A DNA stretch of 63,674 nucleotides, filler included, from Klebsormidium nitens (taxonomy: Eukaryota; Plantae; Klebsormidiophyceae), in the NCBI GenBank assembly GCA_000708835.1. It is 5 parts of 5 records of this genome, joined end to end, with 100 filler letters (N's around TTAATTAATTAA, not from the genome) between each part and the next. Parts side by side here need not be neighbours in the genome. Positions count along the whole stretch, not along the records: positions 42,156 to 52,820 come from DF238165.1; positions 52,921 to 60,866 come from DF238266.1; positions 60,967 to 63,674 come from DF237573.1; 2 more parts are not named here. One strand, written 5' to 3'. The position numbers and the translations under genes are program-made. The notes beneath the pieces are model-generated. The model was not told the origin of the DNA and ran no database searches. It was given only the letters and a program-made list of their open reading frames with translations. Position 1 is the first letter of the stretch, and each line of letters begins with the position of its first letter. Positions 51,214-63,674 of this stretch are shown here, piece by piece.

Positions 51214-52820
51214 ATGACAGCGCGAAGGACAAAGAGGTTTGCCGGAGGTGCAAACGGAGTGGCCTTTACGACGTGGGGCGACGACGCCGGGGATGTGCGC
51301 AATGGGGTGTGGATTGTCGACTGGGGCAGCACCCAGCATGTCACGGCCGATCGGAGCCAATTCACGAGCTATAGAGAGCTTGTGCGTGATGAGAAGATCA
51401 TGGAATTTGTGGTGAGCCTCTGATTGCGGTGGGAATCGGAGAAGTGGAGCTTAAGTGTAAGACGTCGAGCGCTGTGAGTACGGTAACCTTGAGGGAGGTT
51501 CGGCACGCTCCGAGGGCACAAGCGGATTTGTTTGCTCTCACGAGGGCGACCGACGCGGGAGCACGAGTGGTGCTGGAGGGGAGAACCGCGCAGATCGAGA
51601 GGACAATGTGGTCCGTATGGAGGCGGTCAAGCGTGGAGGACTGTGGGAGAATGAGACCGTGGAGAAGCAAAGGGCATTCCTTGCGAGGGGTCCGGTCAAG
51701 GAGAACCGGGAGTGCGCCACGGCAAAGAGGTCGGTAAGAGCGGAAAGCGTGGTGCAAAAGACGGTGAAGGTCGTGGAGGTCGACCTAGACGAAGCGGCGG
51801 CGACGAGAATGGGGGCGTCGAAGGAGAGAGGGGAACTTTTGTGGGGGCGGACGAGGGGCCGCGCACAGATTCAAAAATGGTCGAAAAAGGGGCGGAAATT
51901 GAAATGGCGCGAAGGGGACGCGCACGGGCCCGCGACGGATTGCGGCCACGTCGCGCGCACAATTTCAAAGAAAGGCCAAAGTGGGCCGATTGTGGAAACG
52001 ATGCGCGAAATTGCGGAGAAGTCCGAGGAGATTGGAAAGGGCAAGGAGAGCCCAAAGACGGCGGTAGAGAGCAAACCCGCCGGTGTGGAACGGGCAACGG
52101 AGAAGCCTATAGTGAGTCCCAAGAGTTGGAAAGATATCTGGCGAGAGTGCGACTGGAGCCCGTCGAGTGGTATCGGGCAAATGTGGGAGCAGCAACGGAA
52201 GGCGTGGGAGCCGAAGAGCCGGAGCACGGAGTGGAGAAAACGTCGCCGGAAAAGAGCGACGATGGCGAGAGTGGAGGCATGTGGGTGACGCCCAAGGCAA
52301 AGAAGACAGCCCGCAAGAGGAGCATGACGAGTTAGAGGCCTAAAACAATTCGTCTGAGTGGGCGTGTTGGAATTCGGTGATTACAGTCAGCCAAGTTACT
52401 ATGTGATTAGGGTTCGACCCGTGTAGGGTTTGAATTAGTGAACGCTGACGTGCGTGTACGGCGGTTAGGCGGTTAAACCATTAGGCGGTTTGGAGGTGAG
52501 GCGGTTGAGAGCGGCCGTCAGTGTTAGCAGTAGATGCGTATATCGAAGGCTAAGATTGAGTGTGAGTGTGAGCTAGGCTAGTGAGCCTAGTAGTGTGTGA
52601 CTTAGGCTTGTAAGCCTAGTAGGCTAGTGAGCCTAGTGGAACGGGAGAGACCCGTAAGACTCATAGTGGTGGAAATCACAAATGTGATACATCATCCGAA
52701 GAGAAGTTTGTGGAGAGGAAGCCTGTTGAGATTCACCTTGTAGGGGACTAGAATTGTGTGGTTTCACTCGTCATCGGGTCTTATCGTAGTTGCCCGGCAC
52801 TCATGCTCATCACACGTTGA
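51214..52820 (+). mobile_element. Copia remnant: protease region, PPT and 3' LTR
   Basis: WIVDWGSTQHVTADRSQF (Copia WIVDSG-type), GIGEVEL, TLREVRHAP; no integrase or RT; GAGTGGGCG directly before LTR start TGTTGGAATTC at 52365. Confidence 0.8.
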
Positions 52821-52920
52821 NNNNNNNNNNNNNNNNNNNNNNNNNNNNNNNNNNNNNNNNNNNNTTAATTAATTAANNNNNNNNNNNNNNNNNNNNNNNN
52901 NNNNNNNNNNNNNNNNNNNN
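52821..52920. other. Artificial contig linker
   Basis: 44 N + TTAATTAATTAA + 44 N. Confidence 0.97.
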
Positions 52921-55900
52921 GCGATAAGTTGCTGAATAGTCAGGCAGCATTATACTAAGAAAATAAGCGGATTGTCTTTGCTATCAAAGAGAAAGCTTCG
53001 GCAAGTAAGATTCAGACAGTCCACAGTCCAGTGATACTGCGTTGTCTGTGCTCAATCAGATTGTCGATGGCGGTTCAAAGCGAAATGTCGTCTAGTATCT
53101 GATTGTAAGATATGTTTTCGACATTGAGGAGTAATACAGTGATTGAATCCATTGAACGCGCCGTTATGATTCTGGGATTGAAATAAGAGGTTCAAGGTGT
53201 AGGTCCGGACTCAGTTCATGCTCCTTTTGGACCCTTTGAGTTAAGTCGACCGTCCAAACCTGGTGAGTATCCGTACCTTGAAAGGTGATGTTCCAATGCG
53301 GCGGCGGGGCTCCTCTTTTCTGCCCCGAGGGCTGCTCCTCCGCTTCGGCATCTGCCTCCTGGAACATCATGCAAAATGGATTGTCAATATCTGACCATCT
53401 GCCGCTAATTGTTCCAAGATTGTTCAGATCTTCAAAGATGGCGGCCAAATCATAGGTGCCTCAGGACTACGTCACTAATGAGGTCGGGCTGAAATTAAAC
53501 GACTTGCATGAATCGGCCAAACATGTTCTCGCATCAGGTGCTGGGCAAACCGGCAGCAGAGGCGCCAAAAGGCAGTACGTTTGCATGATTCAGTTGTCAA
53601 ACGAGGAGCGATTCTGAAGACCCTCTCGGACGCTGAGGCATTTTTCACGCGCAACATGAAGCGCGCCCGGTCGCTGCACTCTTCAAAGCTTGCAAACTGG
53701 GGCGGGCGTAGAGCGCCGCATGGCGGCGACCGCGGGCCGAGCCGTGACTCGGGCCGCCGCATGCGGTAGCGCCGGGCTGGCGGCCCTGCGCGGCGGCGGC
53801 CCTGGTCTAACCAGATTTATCCAGTGAACTGGGAGCACCTGCTGGCATTGGCCAGCAGGCCGCAAGGAGCCGGCCACTGTTTTCATTACCGTCGAACATT
53901 GAAAGCATAAGGAAGTAGTACCTTTTGGAGCTGTTTGTTGCGGTCCATCTCGATCAGGTCCATGCACTGTAGAAACACATCGTGCACGCCGCTCTGCAAA
54001 CGGGCATAGGAATATCAATCAGATCGAGGCTCCCCACTCCGGTATAGGACTGCTTCGAACTTGGTGGCAAACACTACAGCGGAAGCTTTTCTTTTATGAT
54101 GGAAAAGCCCTCTCGTTTTTTGGAAGTTTCAACGGCCCAAGGGGCATTTTGTGCACATTAAACGTACGTCATTACTGCTAATAAAAGATGGATTCAATCA
54201 AAACCCATGCAAGAGCAGCTAACAAGCTAACTGCGTAGGCCACAACTTTGGCTGCTAATTGTAATCTGAAGCTTCGGGTCGTCGAACTCGAGGTATGCCA
54301 GTGCAACCTACCTTGTTTGCCCCAGATGGAAGAGCCGACAATACCCATAGAATCCCTGGCTGTGAATAAGAAGGTTTGTCCGGAAAAGCCACTCGAACGC
54401 CGTTCGACAAAGCTAACGCTGTTGCTAGTAGTGTAACTAAGAACATCTCCGGCGGCACGGACAATGCTGTGCTGTATGCCTCCACCAGAGTGCGGGTGTG
54501 AGGTAGCAGGATTGATAGATCTAGTCGATGGTTCCAAAGATGATCGGCCACATGTCTAAAGGCTGAAGCTTGGGCTTCTCTATCGGCAAAAAGATTCCCA
54601 GTAGGCACTCCATTTACGGCGTCCACGGTGAAAGCCATGATCCAGAAGAGGAGGAAAGGAACAGAGCAGGACGAAGCCAGCATAAAGGCTCTCCTTAGGA
54701 TCCGTACAGCCGCGCCCATCAAAACGGGGACGCAGTCGCGAGAGAAAACCTGCAAAGGGGGCTCATATTTGACTGAAGGATCGACTTGCAGTTGAAGCTC
54801 CGAGGCTTTTGACTCACTGTTCTTCTTTCACAGAATTCAACTTGTGGCACCGTGACATTTACAGCGGTTCAAAGGTGCCGGATGCTTTTGTCTGCATGTG
54901 CAGCAAGCGGGTGTTCGTTTCTTGAAGACATCTGAAGCTCCTAAACTTTGTGAGTCCGATTACGTTCTCCCGGCTATACGCGCGCCCGTCACAATAGCCT
55001 AGAGACGCTTACCTGGAGATGATGGATGACTGCTTCCATCGTCCATATCAACATTGGGATGCAGCAGACCGGTAGAACGACGAAATCAAGCCTGCGGCAG
55101 GAAGCAAGGACTCAAAATGTTGATAGAACATGTTTGACCATTTGTGCAAGAGCATATATTCGACCTCAAGCTTCCATCAGTAACTTCGTCTCTTTCTTTC
55201 TTGAGGGGGAAGTAAATCGAATTCCGGCAGGTGACAGAGCTGGTGGTTCAAATGCGAACCGAAATCAAAGCATTGATGCTTGCTCATCAGTTGTTCTCAC
55301 AATTTCATATGTGGCTGACCCAAGGACGACCTTACCCAGGAATCCATAGGCAAATATCAGGCCATATGAGGAACCGAGTGACAATCAGGATTGGCGCAAG
55401 GCACATGGTGACCGTGCTCGACATCAGACCCCGGTACTGCCAAAGACGAGTCCCCTCGTAGCGTACAGCCAGAGCCACTTGATTGCGTGCAAAAGTGACA
55501 AGGAACGCCTGTACAAGTAAGCACAAATAGATGGTCAAAGTTTTGATTAGATAGAGCGCAAAGAGAATCCGCATTACGATCCTCAAAGATGTGAGCCTTA
55601 CGAAGGAGTTTGGCGACGATCGAATGAGGCCCTGTTATACACTCATACACTGCAGCCAACTTGCCCTTAGGTGGAATTGCGGATCCCCGGGCCTCACCCG
55701 GTTATATCAGACAGTGCTGACGGACAACTGACGGTATCGGAGAGTGGAAGGCGAAGAGCACCAATTAAATCCAAATTTAAAAGGCATTTGAAACATTTGA
55801 GTACGTTTCTAAAGATGTGCCCGGGGGAACACGTCAAAGTGGCCCTGCCAACACAAGCAACCGCACGGCCTGGAGGCCTGCGGTTTGGGGTGGTCCGACG

Positions 55901-57090
55901 TTGCTGACGTCATTCCGGGACTAGAATCTAAGACGGCAATCAGAATCAAAGTTCAAAGAACATTCCAAAGGAGGGCGGCTTGTTTAAGTCTCCAATGGAA
56001 TGTGCCTCGCGGGAGAAACCGCCAAACTTGAAATGGCCAGCCCTGTCATCCAATGCAGCCGAGCGACCTAGGGCTGCGGACCTGCCACATGTATCGTCCT
56101 CAGATTGTGCTGGATGCCATCCGTGATAAAATGATGAGATGAAAAACTGAAGGAGAATCCGAAAAGATTTCCAGCGGTGTGCTGCATGCTTGAATCTCCG
56201 AAGGATTGACCCCAAGGGCACCCCCAATATATACTAATCAGAGCCCGACTGGAGCTTTGACTAGGAAGACAAGTTGTAAAGATTGATAACGTAGCCGCTA
56301 CCACGTGGCGGGGAGAAAAGAGTCTCATCCTTGGAATAGACTCTACACGGCAGCCCAAGAATGCTTTTAATCCTGACCTAAAACAACATGCATTCTAGCA
56401 AGCTAGACTCGGAGAGACACGTGATTCCGAACCCACCTCCACGCAACGGGTCCAGTGGGTGAGTCCCGTTGCCCACGTTGGCACAAAGTGGTCGGCAAAC
56501 TGCTTGATGACGTAAACCGTGTATAGAGAGTTCCAAAGCACACCAACCCTGCAAAGCTAAGAAAACATTTTAGAACTGTGCAACTTGAAGCCTGGGAGGC
56601 AAAGATTAGGAGTTTTGCATGCGCCCGGTCCAGCTTACAACGAGATTTGCATCTTTCAAGTTCTTGACTCAGTGGAAACGCCAAAGCCTGCTTGACTTGC
56701 TGAATGCGCTAAGAGCGAGTGTACTGTAGCAACAGCAGTGATTCCTGTTTGCCTGCAGTTCGTCTGGTCACATAAGAAATTGTTTGCAAAAGCGCTAGTC
56801 AGACGAGTCACTCTCCGCTAATGCCAATGATAACTAACTCACCAGAGCATTTGGTCCCTTGATCCGGTTGCACATGCTGTTGCCACATCGGGTTCATACC
56901 AGCAAAGGACTCCTGAAGACCAGGTACGGAATGCCATGAAAGGAATATATCCTAGAAGTAGGGCTGTCCTTATGATGTGTCCGGCGAGGCAGACAAACGC
57001 CAGACGCCGGGTGATGAGAGGCGATACGCCGACTTTTACTGGATTGCCGTCTGAGCGTTGTCCGTGAGGTGTCGCCGACCGTTGGGCCAT
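52921..57090 (-). CDS. Spliced gene: multi-pass membrane region, apparently fused to a DUF3987-like P-loop NTPase; 3' end truncated
   Basis: Exon 54312-54749 LSVPPEMFLVTLLATA...ILWVLSALPSGANK splices to 53922-53993 SGVHDVFLQCMDLIE, giving PSGANKS; upstream hydrophobic exons near 55340-55500 and 55013-55090 splice in phase; the 5' exons are only partly resolved. Confidence 0.6.
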
Positions 57091-57462
57091 CTGCACATGG
57101 TTTAGATTGATGATATCAATTAGAGACTACAGCAAAGCGGTTGTTTCTTGAAGTCCAAATCTGTTCGTGTCTCACCTGCCTATCCCTTCTTAAGGGTCGC
57201 TCTAAGCTTCTCTGTGCACCTTCTCGAAGCGGAGCACTATGACTGTCCGGTCGACCGACCTGAATATAGGGCCTGCGCCAACTACGATAGTTCTAAGTAG
57301 AGGAGCATCACTCCGTAAAGGTCGTAAGAGGCCGGAGTACACGGCGTATCGTGATCAGGTCCCGCCCGTCTTGACGTGGAGAAGACCCTTACGAAGGAGC
57401 TTGGCTTCCTGTAAGAAAAAAGAACAGGCATGTGCGAAACATCTTTAGCTAAAGTCGGAAGA

Positions 57463-60400
57463 CTAAGCAAGCTGCTTTGGCGAGAGGCGAAAGAATGTTT
57501 CGTTGGTTTTCTGGGTAAATGCTTCGAGCCTTACCCGTTTCTCGTTTTTTAGTTGAAGCATTCGTAGTAGGAAGAACGTAAACCTCGACTTGTTCATGTT
57601 CCGCACTACATGCTTGTAGTTACGCATCCACGAGAACAACTTCTCGCACACCTGCGCGAGCACAAAACGGCTTTGTTGTGAGCTGGATAAGACTTCCTTG
57701 TCGAAGCTCCACGAATTGGCGATCGGCTGCATGACTTGGAGGACAGAGCAGCTTTACAAGTGGAGATTAGATCGACGCCTGTTTCTTGGATTTCGGAACC
57801 GAGCGAGTAGTTTCCACTGATTGAAAGCAGAATCCGAGAGCTCCGGATCTTGAAGAGGATAGTTGACTCAGGCTCAGAGAGACCCGGCCGTCCGACCTAC
57901 TGTCAACGTTCGGAAACTCTACTGAAACTTACCTGGGTATCGACTCCGTCAAGCGCACTCAGCTTGTACGGATCCATCATGTCCTGGCACCAGTCGCCCA
58001 CGTGATTGGGAAAGTGAAATCTGAAAATGGGATTGCGAAAACAGTCAATCCTCAGTCGAAGGGATTTTTAAGAAGAGACTCTTGATTTCGACAAATGTGA
58101 AAAATCTGTGCGGAGCCGGTGCACCTCATCCTAAAACCCGTCCCTTGGCCGGAATACATTTTGAGTACCTCCGGTTATGCTGCTGCAAACTGGTAAAGCA
58201 TAATTCTAGTCCAACGAGGAGTGACAGTCTAACAGAGAGTGTGGTGCCCTTAGCATGATTCCCTTCAGATGCTTCACATTAGTACCGGAGACAGGTGTAT
58301 TAACTCTTCAAACTTCATGATTCACCTCTAGGATCCTTCCTGAAACTTACTTGTCGACAAACACGCGGCACTCGTTGGCGAAGCGCCACTGAATGGTTGT
58401 CATCTTCTCCTTGATAAAGCGCACTTTGTTCAAAATATAGCGCGCTAGATGGCAGCCATCGTCATATCCAAAAAGACTTGGCACGTTCCCCAAGATGCTC
58501 CACATTATGATCAGGAAGGCGTATACTTGCGAGTTCCTGCTCAGAGAAACGAAATGATGAAGTGAATATAGGGTACGATTGTCTGCTCTTACAACACTCT
58601 GAACGTCTTAACAAGCAAGTTACGTGAGTAGAGCGAAGCTCCAAAGAGCATGGGAGTAAGCCAAGAGCTTGGAGGTTTGAGAACGATGCGATGGAGCCTC
58701 TCCGACTGGAAGGCACCATGAACGTTTTTGTGGCTCCTACGTACCCCTCTGAACCATACAACTCGGTCAAGCCAAAGGCTATTCCACACGTCCAACAGAT
58801 GGCAAAGACGCCGGCGCTCCGCTCCCGTGCCCCAGGCGCGCTTTGGTGCTCATCCTTCAAAGTGTTGCACGATTGGGCGCTTCCAGACGCACGTGAAACC
58901 TTGTCTCCATCCGTATATGCCAGGGAGCCTTCGATGGCTTGCAGATCGTCGAGGTTCACCGAAGCTACACCGGGTTTCTTTGGATGCAACGCTTGCTGCA
59001 AAACGGGAAAATGGGAGGGACATTGAGCGGAGGTCCGTGATAAGATAGGATGGTATTTTGACATCTGACGCCTTCGAGAGAATGGTTCCTACTGAAACGA
59101 AGGTACTACATCTCACCGTTTAAAGGCTTGATTTCGTCAAAGGCCGCCGCCGCAATAAAGTCACGCCCGCAATCGATCAGCGTTAAGTAGCGTTTTCATG
59201 CGAAATCTGTACGACTTTTTCACAAGATCTTCTCATGATCGCCCACAATCTGCTTACTCATTGGAGTCACTAGTTCTGCATTCACGAAGTGAGATCGATC
59301 GTTTCGATCATTTTGGCATGACGGGCAAAGCGCCCGCGCGCGGTCGCCGGTTACCGTGACCGGGTTGAACGCGCGCGCGGCCGCGCCGTGAGCGGCCCCG
59401 CGCGTGCACGCAACCTGCTAGATCGGATGCAAGGACGAATTGTATCTAAACCTATGCAGGCGCCTTTTGTGACTTCAAATGACTTACTCTCTCCGAGAAG
59501 AAGTCTTCCACTAGCGAGGGACGAATGTTGCTCTCGGGCTCCCAGGTATCGTGCTTTGAATGGTTCCACTTGCCGCCCCAGCGGATCCGGAACTCTCGTT
59601 TTTGTAACTCCGGGTTCACCCGAACATCGAGCAGCGCGTTAACTAGGAACTCTCCCTTTTGAAGCGGAGCATATTCGGAATCTGATTCTGCTCCTTCCGT
59701 TGAAGCGTCTGCATCACCTTCGACAACCAAGGAGCTCGAAGTTGCCCGAGTGACGCGAAGAGGTGGCAATGGACCACGTGTCGAATTGGGTGCTTCTGAC
59801 GGCCCCCCACCAGCACAATGGTTTCGGCATTCGTTGCAAAACCGCGACCTCGGAGCAGGAGTCTCCTGACAGCCGACGTGCATAACAGGGTCCCCAAATA
59901 ATCCGGGGCAGGGTATCGTGACCGGCCGCCACTTATTGGCGCAAAGGCTCCGCCGACACTTCATGTGCCCGTCTCCGACTGCGATACTCCGACAACCTGC
60001 AGAACGAAGGGAGTAATATGAGAAAGTTTTCGTAGCCAGCGTCATTCAAGCACAGATAGACAGGCCGCCTCTTCTCATGCCGACTCTATTTTTGAGGCAG
60101 CCTTGTCGATTCCCGTTTTGCCGGCCCGGCCTGATCCGCGTCAAGCGCTCGGCAGCCATCTAAATGGGCTCATGCTAGAGTCACCAGACCACTCGCTGAC
60201 TCGCTTAGGATCCTTTGCGAGAATCCCCCCAGAAAATGATTGCCTACCTTTGACTCTGCAAGAGTGATTCCGGCCCCATCTATCGGTGAATCCCAGCTGC
60301 ATGTGAGGGGTCCAAAAATCTAGAAGGCTGTCAAGATCACCACCTGCAGATAAAAAATAGATTGAGTGTGCTTGCCACCAGTACGGTTATACGGGTCATT

Positions 60401-60866
60401 GACAAGAACCGATCGCGAGCACAGTTTGTGATTTCGGGCGACGATCTTCTTGGCTTTTTTCCGATCCGTGATTGAAGAGCTCAAAAGCGTGGGACAACAG
60501 ATCGGCTCGAAGAATTCATGTGTAAATGCACCTATACCCGACTTCCTCCATACGCATAGTACAGAGGAATACTAAGCAGGCTATTGCGAAAGAGCACCTT
60601 CCAAGCAGACGACAGACAAGTCGAGAATTCCCTAAGATGGTCACCGAGAAATCACCATTGCCAGCTTACCGTACCTAGAGGGATCTGAGATAGGTCGGAG
60701 GTGGGTTCGGATTGGTGCCAGCTGACGAGCGTCCAGCGAAACCAGGCTTCAAGGAGCCGTTTCCTGTGCAGTTTCCGGTTCGGCAATAGCCGTTCACTTG
60801 CCCCGGCAAGATCATCCCACAAATCGGAATAGGATTTAGCCATACCCCTAAAGCTGGAGTGGTTCA
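57463..60866 (-). CDS. KDZ (Kyakuja-Dileera-Zisupton)-type transposase with internal chromodomain; spliced; 5' end beyond the contig
   Basis: VGDGHMKCRRSLC, GCQETP...FCNEC, chromodomain, CNTLK, AGVFAICWTCG...ELYGSEG|NSQVYAFL, GYDDGCHL, VDK|FHFPNHV..WC, DTQ|VCEKLFSW; exons ending 59488, 58745-58995, 58351-58536, 57933-58020, 57463-57651 in phase. Confidence 0.9.
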
Positions 60867-60966
60867 NNNNNNNNNNNNNNNNNNNNNNNNNNNNNNNNNN
60901 NNNNNNNNNNTTAATTAATTAANNNNNNNNNNNNNNNNNNNNNNNNNNNNNNNNNNNNNNNNNNNN
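60867..60966. other. Artificial contig linker
   Basis: 44 N + TTAATTAATTAA + 44 N. Confidence 0.97.
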
Positions 60967-61242
60967 CTGTTGCCATAATTTATGGCTTCACTTCTCAAAG
61001 AGAGGCTATGCGGGTGAGGCGCCTGCAGATTTACAGTCCTTACAAATTGCGTTATGCTGATTGTTCGATTGTGCTCTATATGTTGTCTGAACAACTAGTA
61101 CACTACAGATCAGCGCCGGCGGAGCTCGGCACCAGCATTGAACAGTGTTTTGATGCTTGGCATGCTTAACTAGTGTTTGGTGCGTTTCGTATTGAACTTC
61201 TTCTTCCATTGACTTGAGCTTTCTGCACTTTTCTGGCTCGGC

Positions 61243-62185
61243 AGATCCTGATGGCTCCTTACTATGGCCAGCCCATGACTTCTTCTTTTTTGCAGTTTGA
61301 ACGAGTCTGGCAGTCGCCGCGATCTTACAGCCGCGATGTCCGCCGTGCGGTCTCCGACCTCACGCACCGGCAGCTTTCGGGCGTGGCGGGGAAGCTGCGC
61401 ATCCTCACAATCATGCTGAATCGACCGGAGTGGGCTAGGTGGGTTGTTAGCAAACTCAAGACGTCAAAGGGTCACATGCTAGCAAAACATTCATAACAAC
61501 TTCAATCTGAAGGTCGTTCAATTCTTTGTGTCCAGGAGCGAATTGTGTAATTGTGAATTGAGTCCTGCTTTGGTTCCTCATTGCTTTACCGTTTGTGAAT
61601 CATTCTAGGTTGCAGAATGGGTTCTGACTATCGATGAAGCCGAAACGGGCGAGAAACCGTCCTTTCGTAAGCGGAGACAGCCCTCGTAGGATATGTGAAA
61701 ACAGCGGCGTTCAAAATAATCTCGTCGACTAAAACTCAATTATTCAAGTTGGCTTTCTGACCGAATGCTTTTCTCTTCACTTCGAAATTGGATGGAAGTT
61801 TTATGTTCGCCGAGTCTAGACCCTAGACTCTACCCTAGACTCCGGGCTGGGGACTGTACATGAAGAGGTTGAGAATGAGCATCTAGCATTGGCAACTCAC
61901 CCTCAGATCAAGTAAGCGCACTCAGTTGCATCAAGAAGTCAAGAAGTTGCTTCAACTATCTAAGATTGATTCCGATCCACAACGGGTATTTGCTCCCTGC
62001 TTACGGTCCTATGGAAGCTAGTAGCGATGAAAATGACGTCCCTAATCTGTAGGTTCGTTTTGTGCAGGCGTCCGCTGACGGTGCACTTCTTGAACAAAGA
62101 GCACCAGGCCATGGTCGAAGCGTGCGAGCCAGGGCTGCCCGCAAACGTGATCCAAGTGGTCGGGCCTTGGACTGGGTTTCCATAA
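61243..62185 (+). CDS. Possible unidentified spliced gene
   Basis: Exon-like segments with splice signals: ILMAPYYGQ...NRPEW (~61243-61438), VAEWVLTIDEAETG (~61610-61667), RPLTVHFLNKEHQAMVEAC...GPWTGFP (~62066-62185); phases not fully reconciled. Confidence 0.3.
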
Positions 62186-63674
62186 CGAGGGTTGGTTGAG
62201 AAGTAGGAAAACTAAATCTTCCATTGTAGTAAAGCGGTTCCTTTCTCTGTTCCACACAAGGGTTCTCTGCTAGTCTTGAACAAGGCTCGGTAATCTGGGA
62301 CTATTCAAGTTTCGACCACTGCAATGAAATGGACTACTGAAGATTGTTTATTTTGGGTACTGAAAGCGGAATGATCTTAATTGCTTGTAGCCAGCTGTTT
62401 TGTTTACTGGATTATTAGTAGGATGCAATTCGTAGATGAGGCTTGAGATGTGATGGCGCCGAGGCGCTGCCGCATCGACAAGGTACCGCATGACATGCTT
62501 GCTATATGGGCCGAATTCAGTGCGATAGTGGAAAAGTTATAGCGTCTTGAACGGCTTCAACATGGAACGGTCCCACTCGTGTTGAAGTTTTTGTATGCGT
62601 CGCCGAATGGATCCTACAAGGCCCGATATCATGTTTCACTATCAGAGCTGTACGGTGCAGTCGCCGCAGTCTGTCAATGATGTCAATTGACTGGTGCAAG
62701 AGTTTCTCCGCCACTATACGCGTGCATTGGCCCAGCCACGCGGGGGCCACGCGGTGACATCATGTGCAATACTAGCATATATTCACTGACTTGTTATGTA
62801 CATGCCACAATGCGCGATCGCGACTTGTCTATGATTGAACGTGGATTGAACCTTTCAGTCCGGACACTCCACCGAATTGTGCATACTATTACATACATGT
62901 GTTTATGTGATCGAGCGGTTAGAAATGGCATGCAATAATGCAGCAACTTGCAACACTGGCTTGGGAACCGCGCGCAAGTGGTGAGAGTGCTTCCGGCTCT
63001 GCCATTAATATTGTATGCTGCTGATCAGCTCAAGTACGTATGCTCTTGATCATCATGGCATGCCCCATGGGCCATGACCCGGCATAGTACTAGTACCATG
63101 GTGACCCTGGTCGGGCCATGGTCACGATGTGCCCTGGTGTGCATGTCCGCGCGTGCTAGCGCGCCGAGCTGGCCGGGGCCGGCTGCCGCGCCAGGCTGCC
63201 AGGTCCGGGGCCAGCGCGGCCGCCGTGAGTACCGTCACCATGAAGTTTGACTCTGATTTTCGGAACTTGACGCGGTCGGTAAGGATCGTCGATTGTGAGG
63301 CACTAGATCATCCAACGGACCAGATTGGATTTCGAAACTTGTTTCCAGCGACCAACTTGGCACTAGAGTCACTTTGCTGGTCGCTGGAGGCGGAACTGGA
63401 GTCCCTTTCGCCCTCGCTGGATTTGATGAAGTCGAAATGTTGGTGTCCACAAGATAACGTTTTGAGTCTGCACAATTCAATTGTTCGTGGACAGGTACCT
63501 TAAAGTCGTAAGGTATTTGTGGACATGTACCTTAAATTTACTGCTAAATTGGAGGCCCGGAGGACAGGTACCTAAATTTCATGGCAGAACCGTGGACAGG
63601 TACCTTCAGAGTGGAGGACTTGAACGACTTTTCACGCGCTCAGGCGGCCGTGCACTGAGCTCAGTCTGCTCGTG

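Noticed and set aside
61815-61850. CCCTAGACT repeats
   Set aside because: Too short and irregular for a telomeric or satellite call.
63241-63280. Possible first exon MKFDSDFRNLTRS followed by GTAAGG
   Set aside because: No downstream exon or homology can be supported within the window.

Overview
Eukaryotic (green algal or early streptophyte) DNA. It is not one locus: five contigs are joined by artificial 100-bp linkers (44 N + TTAATTAATTAA + 44 N). Contig 1 (1-30009) holds a decayed Ty3 gag-protease fragment, three intact spliced host genes (RPL11, PARG, RRP15), a spliced Crinkler-type NTPase-REase gene with a transit-peptide-like leader, and a spliced poxvirus-D5-like PrimPol/SF3 primase-helicase gene of at least 1,180 aa. 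A ~100-bp satellite occupies two introns of that gene and recurs inverted just downstream. Contig 2 (30110-42055) is a gene-dense giant-virus-like segment: PIN/XPG nuclease, RBR ligase with a spliceosomal intron, T5orf172 protein, minimal SET protein, a Zn-finger/basic-repeat/polyproline protein and an HNH endonuclease. The HNH gene appears interrupted by an IS607 element whose serine resolvase TnpA lies entirely inside the TnpB/Fanzor2 ORF in another frame. Contig 3 (42156-52820) holds a degenerate Ty3 pol carrying a C5 DNA methyltransferase, a nested solo LTR, a 61-bp-stem hairpin and a Copia remnant. Contig 4 (52921-60866) holds an apparently intact KDZ transposase with an internal chromodomain, followed by a co-oriented multi-pass membrane gene ending in a DUF3987-like P-loop domain. 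Contig 5 is largely unexplained. All domain calls come from manual motif recognition and manual splicing; no searches were run.
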